A stretch of DNA of 64,000 bases from the NCBI GenBank assembly GCA_050273025.1, contig CP158635.1, positions 19,344,001-19,408,000 on the forward strand, read 5' to 3'. Positions 12,541 through 23,200 of this stretch are shown piece by piece. Made by a program: the position numbers and the translations under genes. Under the pieces are notes generated by a model. That model saw only the letters and a program-made list of their open reading frames with translations. It did no database searches and was not told the origin of the DNA. Position 1 is the stretch's first letter, and every line of letters begins with the position of its first letter. The stretch is from Cenococcum geophilum (lineage: Eukaryota).

Positions 12541-12920
12541 CTATAACTCTATTAGGGTCTACACTATAACCTATAAAGGGCTATAAAGTAAATAAATTAA
12601 ATAGGTATATACCAGATGAAATACCTACTAGTTACGAAGAGGGCTTGTAACGTGGGCGTAAGCGTTTAGCATTAGTGTTTACTACGCGGCTTAGCGGTGC
12701 AGAGAGGTAGAATTGGGGCCTCTACGGTAACGAATTCCTCTTAATGTTGCGCGCGTATAAGGAGCTAAAGATCTCATAACTTATAGAGTAGGCTTTTCTC
12801 TATAATTTAGTGTAATTTTTATGTCGACAGGTATTGTGGGAGGGTAGATTAATTTTGTTAAAGTTAATAAGGTCTTCTTATAAACTGTGTTTAGGTTTTC
12901 TACAAATCTCGCCAAAGGGC

Positions 12921-13009
12921 CTCAGACTAAGAAAAACGATTACCGTCCTAAATCAGCTTAGCGGACGGTGCGGATATTCCTATATCCGCAATCGATTTCT
13001 TAGTCTGAG
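12921..13009. mobile_element. 89-bp foldback / MITE-like element
   Basis: Terminal inverted repeat CTCAGACTAAGAAA...TTTCTTAGTCTGAG, extendable through CGATT/AATCG, enclosing two internal hairpins (ACCGTCC/GGACGGT and GCGGATAT-TCCT-ATATCCGC). No TSD recognised. Confidence 0.55.
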
Positions 13010-13034
13010 CTTCTGAGGTAAGATTGTTACGTGA

Positions 13035-15958
13035 TTACAGCAGCTTAACCACCGCCCCGTACCCTCCCCCTGCAGCCGACGACAGCGCCGTCAGACCGTG
13101 CTTGTCCTTAGAGTTCACGTCGATGCCGTCCGCGCCGAGCAGCAGCTTAACCACCGCCTCGTTCCCACTCCCTGCCGCCCACGACAGCGCCGGCCAACCC
13201 TCGCCGTCCTTGGAGTTCACGTCGATGCCGTCCGCGCCGAGCAGCAGCTTAACCACCGCCTCGTTCCCAGTCCCTGCCGCCCACGACAGCGCCGGCCGAC
13301 CCTCACCGTCCTTGTAGTTCACGTCGATGCCGCCCGCGCCGAGCAGCAGCTTAACCATCGCCTCGTCCCCAATCATTGCGGCCCACGACAGCGCCGTCCA
13401 ACCCTCGCCGTCCTTGGAGTTCACGTCGATGCTGCCCGCGCCGAGCAGCAGCTTAACCATCGCCTCGTTCCCAGTCCCTGCCGCCCACCATAGCGCCGTC
13501 CGACCCTCGCCGTCCTTGGAGTTCACGTCGATGCCGTCCGCGCCGAGCAGCAGCTTAACCATCGCCTCTTTCCTAGTCGCTACGGCCCACCACAGCGTTG
13601 TCCGACCCTTGCCGTCCTTGGAGTTCACGTCGATGCCGTCCGCGCCGAGCAGCAGCTTAACCACCGCCTTGTGCCCATTCCCTGCGGCCCACGACAGCGC
13701 CGTCCGACCCTTGCCATCCTTGGAGTTCACGTCGATGCCGTCCGCGCCGAGCAGCAGCTTGACCGTGGCCTCTTGCCCATTCCCTGCGGCCCACGACAGC
13801 GCTGTCCGACCATACTCGCCCTCAGAATTCACGTTGACGCCGGCTATCGAAAGTGCCATCCGGCCAACATTTTCCTTGGAATTGGGATTATATCCAGGAT
13901 TAAAGAGAGCTATTATCGCTTCCCTTAGTCCGAAGTAGGCCGCAACGTGTAATCCTCGCATTTCCGCTGGCGTTGTCAGCATAAAGTAATCGTCAGCCAA
14001 CATCGCCTGACAAGAGGCGGACAGCTTAACTTCGCTCTTAAGAAAACTTAGAACTACCTCTTCTACCTCCAGTGAAGATGCACGAGTGTGGTATCCCCAA
14101 TTTCGGGCAGCGTAGTCGTAAAGGGTATACTGCTGCAATCGGGCCTTAAAATCTTCTTCGGTTGAATAGAAACCAGCAGCGAAAATATTAAACGACAGAT
14201 ACGTCAGGCAAATAGTTGCTATATCTACTTGCGCATTGGGGATTGAGAGTGTCCAGGTTCGCTCGAAGTATTCTTGTGTTGTGTAATGAATCCAGCGAAT
14301 AATTTGACTATTTTCATCGACGGTAACTAGGCCAGCGCAGGCAGAAACTATATCTTCAACCTCAGGAATAAAGTCTGTGTCTAGCTCTGCTGTGCCGATC
14401 TCAATAGTGCAGGCGTGTTGGAGCTCTGCAGTAGTAAGGGGTCTCTTTGTGTGCGTAACCCAAGACAGAACCCTTGTTGCAAGAGTTTGATATTCTTCCT
14501 CCTGGCCATTGATTCTTTTCATGGCTTGATCATACATGGCGTCCACTCCTTTAATTCCACGAGGCAGGTTCCGCAGAGCGCGTTTGATATCCCCAGGTGT
14601 TGGCTTGCTTATAAGGGAGTCCATATGCAGCTGTGCAAGGAGAAACCTAGCAAATATATTAATCTGGTTAATGTTATGTAATTGTGGGATAGTGCACCTA
14701 CATTCCATCTACGGCTTTTACTACCTCTTCTCCAACTGCATGCAGGAGATCTGGGTATTTTGAAATCCGTGATCGTAGGAGTTGGGGTATCCGCCCGTTG
14801 ACATATCTCAGGACGTCAGCTTCCTCAGCACGGATGGTTTTCGTTATACATGCTTCGAACTGTGACATAATTTCTGGAACAAAACGAGATGTTGCAAAGA
14901 TGTTTACTTCAGCCTGCACCTGAAGATTGAATACCTCTCCCAGAAACTTTCTACGCTCTTCGCTGGAGACGTGGCATTCGTCTAAAGCGTCAATAATTAT
15001 AAATACCTTTGAATATAACTGGGTAGTAGATTGCAACACTTTTACAACATCGTTAAACGAAGGACGGGTTCCTTTAGTCACATGGCGCTCATGGAGGTTC
15101 TTAACATCCATAGGTACCGAAGGCTGTTTCTGGGAGAGCTGTTTTAATAGACTTGAAAGTAAAGCCTCAGCACTCTGCTCTTGCTGCCGCTGGTAGTTAC
15201 AATATAGGTATGCGATTCCGACGTCGGTGTTATTGAACTCGGCCCAGAGATAATCAACCACAATGGATGTTATGATCGTCTTGCCTGCTCCTGGTATGCC
15301 TGGGCAGAACATCGTCTGCTTGCTTGGGCTGAGCCACCCCTGGAATTCGCTCGAGTTTATGAGCCATAACCCAGTCCCCTCCTGTCGCCGACCAATGAAG
15401 TCGCTTTGCTGAGTAGCGTAGTCGGTCGGTGAGAGCCAATCCATGATAGCCCGACGCTCTTGATTATCTTGGTGATGTACTAACTTATCCACACCTTCTC
15501 TGGTAAGCCGGCTATTAAACGTATTTAGAAAATTAACGTTCGAGACAATGCGACCCCGGAGCTCTCGGATGTCATCGGGCTCCCATTTGAGTTTCTTCCA
15601 CACCCTTTTCGTCCTTTTGCTAGCGTTCATAGGCCCTGAATCTAGTTCGCCATACTTACCTAGCGTTTTCTCCAATTCGTGGAGAACACTACGACATCCG
15701 TGAGCGATGCCGTCCAGCTCTATCTTTTCCTTGTTAGAAAGATCTCGTTCCGAGAGGGCGACTTCGACATCTTCAACGACAATCGAGAGACTTCTAACCC
15801 TGTTACCAGGTGGTCAGCATCGGCTAACAATCCCTTTAGAGAACTTACTCATCGGAAATAGCCTTGAATTGACTCGGAGCACCAACAAATTCCTTTCGAA
15901 TCTTGCTGGCAAGCTGGCAAACGGCGACAAAGTCGCCTACACTGAAACCAAAGCTCAT
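13035..15958 (-). CDS. Fungal NLR-like protein: HeLo-like/SesA-type N-terminal domain + NACHT + ankyrin repeats (~939 aa; exons 15958-15849, 15799-14702, 14646-13035)
   Basis: Starts MSFGFSVGDFVAVCQLASKIRKEF. Two GT-AG introns (15800-15848, 14647-14701) join the ORF-track pieces in frame. Walker A GIPGAGKT, Walker B IIIDALDE, VDGMFLLAQLH, C-terminal ankyrins. Confidence 0.92.
13038..13812 (-). repeat. Array of ~8 highly similar 102-bp (34-aa) ankyrin repeat units
   Basis: G(R/W)(T/P)AL(S/W)WAAxxGxEAxVKLLLGADGIDVNSKDG(K/E) repeated; 7 full units plus a terminal partial unit. Confidence 0.95.
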
Positions 15959-17045
15959 CGCAACCTTGAGTATGGCACCATTACCCGTAGATGAAGTAAA
16001 ATTAGTGAAAGGAGCCGTTGGGTTCAGACTCTAGTTAATGCCCTCACTAGCTCTGAGTCCAGGCGTGCATGCGGGGCTGTGAGAATCTCGCCTCAACCGC
16101 TAAGCAGACGTAGCATAGCCACAAGTTATTCTGTATTTGAGCGAAAAGGACGTACAGCAGTATTTAGAATCATTCCAATCGGTTCCTAGTCAGCGCCAGG
16201 CGTCTGCCTTGAAGAAATTGTGTATTCTCGTACTGCGACGGGGGCAGAGTTACGGGAATCGCCTAAGCAACGGGATTTTAGGCGTCCACAGCTTGGCGCC
16301 AAGCCTATGAAACATCAGTGTCAAACCCAATTAAACGAGAGCCTGTAATTGGCTAAGCCCTTATCGATATGCGTGGAAATCTATTTTCGTGTGGTCCTCC
16401 ATACCACGTGGTGTTCTTTTGAGAGGCATAATATTGACATATTATATTCTTTTAGAGAGCTAGCCTTGATGACGGGGGCGTAATATGTTTTTGTTTCTTA
16501 CCAGAACTATTGAACGAGCTTGACTCTTCCTGATTAGCGCCTCAGAATATTGGGAGCTGAAGCCGGTGGAGACTAGCTAGCATTTAAGGCCAGGGAAGTC
16601 CTATGGCCATAGACGTATCTGCAATGAAGTTCTATGAGTGCAAAGTATGAAGGGTGTCAAGGAAGTAGTGGAGCGCGGGGCAGGAACGGCCGCTGGAGAA
16701 TTAACGTGGAAATGCGCATGGAAGCGCGCGAGTCTGGAAAGGAGCGAGGAACAATCGACGTCATTGCTCAAGGATTCAGTCATTGATACCACTTAAAACA
16801 AACATATGCCCGAATCATGTCTACCCTCCGCATCTCAGACATTCTTACCTCTGAGGTCCTCGAAGCGAGTCACAGAGGTGCAATATATCCACCCGGACGG
16901 AGCAGCCCTCCAAAAAACAAAACCTTCACCATAAAAGGGTTTGTCACATAAAGCGCTGTCGCACTGGGCTTTCCTTGTAGCAACCGCGCTGCCACTACCT
17001 TCCTCCGCTAAAGCCTCTTGACCGACAGACTCTCTGATTCAGAGC

Positions 17046-18955
17046 TTGCAATGCCATGCCGCCCGCCGCGAGCGCGGCACCAGCGTAAAGAAGCCCACGC
17101 CGGTGCACGATAAGGCGCCTTGTCCCAACCCAACTCGATTTTCGCCTGCACTTGTGCACAAGGCATCGTCCGAGTCGGCGTTGGGGTTGTTGATCAAGAC
17201 GGTCGGCTTGGGCGAAGGCATTGGCATTGGAACTGGAAGCGGCGCGATGGAAAGTATCACGCAGACGATGCTACCGCGGAGCGGGCCGATGCCTATTCAC
17301 ACGCTGGGGAATGACGATACCGCTGAGAAAGAGAACGTGAATCAGCATGAGAATGAGGATGACGAGCCTAATAAGTACGAGCCTCGTCCTTTGCGCGCCT
17401 CAATCGCGCCTCTCGCGATACATCATCATCTTTCTTTGCAGTTGGTGAAACCAATGGTATCACCTTGGATATATAAACCGATCTCGCTTCGAATTGCAAC
17501 AACTCGGACGCACAGGAAGCTGCCGCGCTCTCAACTGCATCCAGTACCCCTGCGCCTACGCCTGTATTTACGACTATAATCACACCAACACCCGCATCTA
17601 CAGCCCCAGCCCCAGCCCCAGCCCCAGCCGCATGAATGCCTACACCCGCTCAAGCAGCACCGCTGGTAGCAAAATCCTCAGACAAAATAGCCGAAATCGC
17701 TATAGGCGTCAGCAGTATAGCAACCACTACCGTCGTCGGCCTCGTCAGCTACAACGGCGCCTGCCACATCTCCAACAAGCTGGAGCGCCCGCGCGAGGCG
17801 AACCGCTCTGACGAAATCCGCGCCGTTGTTGCCTTAGCCCTCAGTGAAGTGGCTAAGAGGGGTGCCCAGTGTACGCTTACAGTGCCGGCGGTCGCAGTTA
17901 AGAACACGGCCGGTGGGGTCGCGGCATCAGCTGGCGCGGCCGTCACGATAAACAGGTGGTCCGTCAACTTTTGCGACGATGTTGGTGCCGACGCTGTCGA
18001 GTGCTCCTACTAATCTCGCTGGAGCTGGTGCTGCAAGCGTGGCTGGTGCTTCTCCGCAGGCTGCGGCTCATGGTCTAGCGCCTCTAACAGGCGTCTCTGT
18101 CTTCTCGAATCCCCCCAAGAGCTCGTCCGGCGGTGGTGGTGTTCATCCTCTAGCTCCAACGCCAGCGCTGACTGATCCTCCTCCTACCACACCATCTAGA
18201 GTTGCAACTAGAGCCGCAAACTCTGCCGGCTCTTCCAACGCTGCGGGTTCGGTCTCGGCTCTCATACTTCTGGCTTTACCCCCTGTCACCGTATCTACTG
18301 CTCCCGGCTTAACGCGTACTCTGAAAGTTACAGGCCTATCCTCAACTACAGTGTTGGCAAATTTAGGCCCGACTTTGGGCCCTATCGCGAACACCGGGAT
18401 TGCAAATGCGAGTGTTGCGGGTCGAGGGACGAGTCCTACTTCGAGTCTTTCAAGCCTAAAGTCAACATCTGCAGCGTCAACTCCACCTCTACTCCTACCG
18501 CTGCTTCTTTTACTCCAAACTCAATTAGCACTAGAACACTAACCACCCAATCTACTCGAAGGGCGCCAACTGTACCTCGTGTAGCGCTTAGCTCGCCCGA
18601 CACCGAAATAGTCGTCTCGACTAGCCCGCCCGCGTCCATATTCTCTGCAGACTCAGACGCCGACTCTGTCTCTACGAGCCTCACGCGCGGCAGCCTCGTC
18701 GATCCCGATCACGACACCAATATCGTTGTGCAGCCCGCTGGCAAGGCTGATCCTAACGCCAAGGCCTCCCCATCACGACAAGCTCCTTCGGCTGACGGGG
18801 ATGACGCTGGTGCGAATGATAGAAGCCTGCCACTGCCGCTGCCACTACCGGCGGCGACGCACGCGCATACGGCTATGTGGGTGCGCCAGCAGCAAGGGCT
18901 GCTGCTGCATCGCCAGCGTCAATCGTTGGATGGGATCAGGCGCGCGGGGACCTAG
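17046..18955 (+). pseudogene. GC-rich, Ser/Thr/Ala/Pro-rich orphan ORF chain (frameshifted pseudogene or unresolved spliced gene)
   Basis: Consecutive overlapping plus-strand ORFs (17046-17579, 17636-18013, 17979-18542, to 18955) with coding-like composition. No domain recognised and no convincing introns found. Confidence 0.4.
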
Positions 18956-20242
18956 TAGCGTTGTTTGGGAAGAGGGAAGAGGAGAAGCAGACGAATGAGG
19001 AGGAAAAGAAAAGACCAGAAAGAAGAGTAGGGGGCGGATGGAGTGAGGGCGGATGGCGTACAAAATTAATTTTATGGAGTTAGGCAGTGAGCGGAGTGGG
19101 CGGAGTTTTGTACGATATGATGAGATACCCCGAAAGCGGCTAATTTCTGCTCTTTGCGACAAAAATTTTATGAACTCTGTAAACTCGTGTTAATAAAACC
19201 TCTCATAGATAATGTGAATAACCTTAAATTAAAATTAAGAAAATGGTTGAGTGACATGTCTTCTTGCCTCCCTTCTGAGGCTAATACCTCTATCTACATC
19301 CGTCCGCTACTTTGTCTAACTCGCGTGCGCTCAATCACGGATTAAACCTTTCGTGTGTTGAACCCACTTGTGTCTCTCCTCACTTGTGCGTTTACGCGCG
19401 TCCCTCTTTTTGTTTGTTGGTGGAATGGGCTTTACGGAAATGGCGGGAAGCGGTAATAGGTCTCGTCTATAAATGATCACCCCACGCCAGTGTAACCCGT
19501 AAGAGGTTGGCCCCTCACTGTGCCCGAAGTGCAGCTCTACATGAAATTGGTCAAACATGACCATCTAGTGGCTACAAAAGTCTCAAACGTACCCTAGCAT
19601 GTTAGTAAAGATGTCGAGCACGATCGGGTCTGCTTACTTTGTTTCAGTTACCTACCCCTTGACTCGGTCACCGACCCGGTCATCGACTTGGTTACTGACT
19701 TAGTACCCCTTTCTTATGGATATGTAGAGGCCCTAGTGCCATACAGAATAGATAGAGTCCTTATCCTTCATTGTCCGTTCGACAAAAGAACATACAGTAG
19801 AACATCTTCATTCACACTAAAAGATATAAAGTTACAATCTAAGAGCAACATCGAACATAATCCACTAATCCGCACTCTTGTCCTTCGTCTCAATCTCTCA
19901 AAAACAAAGGAAATGAAGAAGTCTGGTCTGGCAAGTAGAGTAGCAGGAACGGCCGGGTATATCTGCTCTCCAAACACGCCGAAAACAACAGAAACCCCAA
20001 AAAGACGCCACTATCCCATGCTAAGAACAGTCTCGTAGACGGACACCCTCTCCCTTAGAACATGCAAATGCCACATAGCGCCACTGCCTGCCCAAAATAT
20101 CCCTAATTGTGAAGTTTGATGGAGAAAAGTGTAGAGCGTGCAAACAAAACAAGACAAAACAAAATGTTCCGGATTCCCAACAGGCACCGCCGGCAAACAA
20201 CCGTCGGTCTCATCTGTCCCGACATCAAAAACCAATACCTCC

Positions 20243-23200
20243 TCAGTTCACAGCCTCCGCCATTATTTGCTCTCCTTCATCTAGCATGTTCATAATCAGT
20301 CTCAGATTGCCCACCATCTCTCGTGCCTGTCCAACTAGCAGCAGCTTCTCCGCATTCGCTGGCAGGCCTAGGTACGTCGGCGGCTCGCGTTCTGGCAGTG
20401 CGTTGACCCACTTCATAAAATCCTGCCAGCCAGTTGTGGTGGGTAGCGTCAAGCCCGCATCCTTGACAATGTGGAAGCTCTCGTCGAATGCTGCCGGCAT
20501 CATGACGCTCTCAACGAGAGCCCGCAGCGAGTTGAAATCACCCTCGTCGTCGATCTTGCCACCGTACATCTCTGTCATCAGTGTGCATAGCATGGCCCAC
20601 GGTATGTTCTTAGGCGCGATGTTGGTTCGACCATGCGCCACCGAGTCTATCCATGTGTCAATAATGAAGCTACAGCATTCATACTGTAAAACAAGTTAGC
20701 AATACTATTCGTACTGAGTAAGGGAGTATATAAGAAACTTACGTCACTGTCATTGAACTCCCAGAAACCCTTCCATCCCAAGCTTGGGGCATAGCGTAGC
20801 CGTTCCTGGACAACGGCATGGAGGAAGGATAGCAGGAGATAGACGCGTGCCTTCTCAACTGGCTGCTTAGTTGCCTTCTCCGCCAGCGATGAAAGCGAAT
20901 CCTTCATGTTAGCCCGGATGCCGGCTGGTTGCTCGTACATCAAAACACGCGAAGCCCGAAGGAGATTGACTGGAATCTTCGGGCTGGACTCCATAGACAG
21001 AAAAAGTCTGAAGTCAGGATGAGGCTTGAGCGAGTCGATTCGTTTTTCCAGGCTCTGCAACCAAGTTGGTGCAAGATGGACGTTCTTAATAAGCACCCAG
21101 GATCCCGTAGCGGCTGCATTACTGATAGCTTTATCTGCACTTGCCACCCCTTCATTCGAACCCATGGCAATATTCGTACAGCTCGCGCGCTCGCGTTCCA
21201 CTAGATTATCGACTTTGTAACTTGCGTCGAAGCCAGGGTTGGAACTTAGTGCAACCGGCGTGGTGGCGGTGACTTGTTTAACGATCTCGCCCAAATCTCC
21301 ACTGGCATCCAACAATCCTTTGCCGAAGACTTCGGTGACGAAACGCTCAACAGCAGGCACGAAACGATCCACACGGAAAATTTTGACGAGAATTAGAGCC
21401 CGAAGCTGCTGGTCAAATTTCCCCGTCTCCGCAGGCCATACTCGAGGAACACATTGCTCTGCCAGCTCTTCAGTGAAGAGCGTGTTCCATGCCGATGCGT
21501 CCAATCCTTCAAGCTCGTCCTTGAACAGTGGAAGTTTTGATGCACGCGCCATTGCCTCATCTTTCCGGTCCACTTCCGTTGACACATCAACTCCTTCAGT
21601 ATCCTTGTCGAGGATAATGTCAATAAGCCCCTTGTCCATCTTGTAGGGCGCTGCTTGTACTAAAAGCATAGCTAGTGTGACGCGGTCCTTTTGCAAAAGG
21701 GATAGTGAGGTACGGCGATAGGTGTCCGCAAAGAGTTCGCCCAAGATATGATCAATGCGCGCAGTATGGTTACTTGCTTGTCCTGATTTCTTGACACGTT
21801 GGAGAACTGCGTCGAAAATTCCCGTGAAATACTGAAGGGAGAATTGGTAGAAGTGGTTGATGTGATGAAGTTGCTCCAATACCGCGAAGATTGCAGAGCA
21901 GGACCGAGCAACAACGGTATACTGGAGCGTGATGTTCTCAACTTCGGTCATAACGCCTTCAGTTTCAGCCACCTTGGCGGTAATCTCTGCGGCTTCCTTC
22001 TTAAGGGTCTCAAGAGTTTCAATCACACGATCATCGTCAAGGATGTTGCCGCGAGACTCATTCAGCGCTTGAAGCAGTCGTTTTTCGAGTTGTCGCAGAT
22101 GGACGCTGAATTCTCCTTGCATCTTGATGAGATTTGACCGTCGCTCATCCACGTCGGGTCGTTCAGACTTCAAAACTTCATTGAGCGTCTGCGTCTGTAA
22201 GCTGCTCTGGGTGACGGTGAAATTCACAAAGGTGGTGCGACTGCAAATATCAGGTGCGAATGTGGCCGAGGGATCCCGCGTAGATAGGAAGAGCTTGAAA
22301 GAAGGCGAGAAATCGATCTCCTGCTTGCCTAATTGTATAAGCACACGGCCACCAGTCTTTTGATATTCTTTGTTGAGGACGTGGTTCAGGATAGGGTCCA
22401 AGTGCTCGGCATCCTGAATAAGAATTGGATTACCAAATCGAAGCGAGCTTTCAAGTTGCTTGGTGAAAGAATCGTCCAGGAAACTTGTGACTGTAAGTCG
22501 ACGATCCTTACATTCGTTCTGCAAGAACTCTGTGACTCGGCCCGAGGGATCGATAATCAATGGATATCGATTGAACCTCTTTAGGATGATTGCATTCTCA
22601 GTACACAAATCGTCAACTGGCAATGAATTGTCTTGCCAGCTTAGTCTTTCATCAGCTGTCGAAAGGTATTCAGTGACCGGGTTAAGAGTCTTATAGCTGA
22701 TTCCAGAGAGAGAAAGGTGATGAAGCCAATCATCCATCATGGTCTTCCGGTATTGCTGGTCATAGTAGCCTCCGTATGCGATGAATGCTGCGGCGACGAG
22801 AACATCCCCGACAATAGTGTTAATTTGAGTCTCAAATGACCGACTACTTTCCTCCCATCTAGATCTCTCGGAAGAAAGACTGTCCAGAAGGCGTACACTT
22901 CGATCGACCTTGAACTGAACTCTAGCCATCTCCGATTTGATGGCTTGTGTTTCGCTGATGAGAGCTGCGTATTCAGTCTTGTACCTTGAGATGCTGTCCT
23001 CGAGAGCCTTGATGATATCTTCGGTCTCTTGCGCTTCCTTCTTAGTCTTTTGAGCTTCCGCTTCGAGGTGGCCTACTTCTTCCCGTAGAGGCCCAACCCG
23101 ATCCAAGATTTCAGAAAAGTTGACTTGAGCATGAACCCATTGAACGAGTGGACCGCATGCCTTGCTAGCGCGGTTGACCCTGTCGAATGTGAAATCCTCC

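Noticed and set aside
11966..13812. Possible CRISPR-like repeat arrays
   Set aside because: Eukaryotic context, no unique spacers, no cas genes; these are minisatellites and coding ankyrin repeats.
13024..13938. Repetitive plus-strand ORFs (PSLEFTSMPSAPSSSLT...)
   Set aside because: Antisense shadows of the ankyrin array.
15849..15958. Amyloid signalling motif at the NLR N-terminus with an adjacent effector gene
   Set aside because: The N-terminus is a helical HeLo-like/SesA-type domain. I saw no HET-s, PP or sigma-like motif and no neighbouring effector gene.
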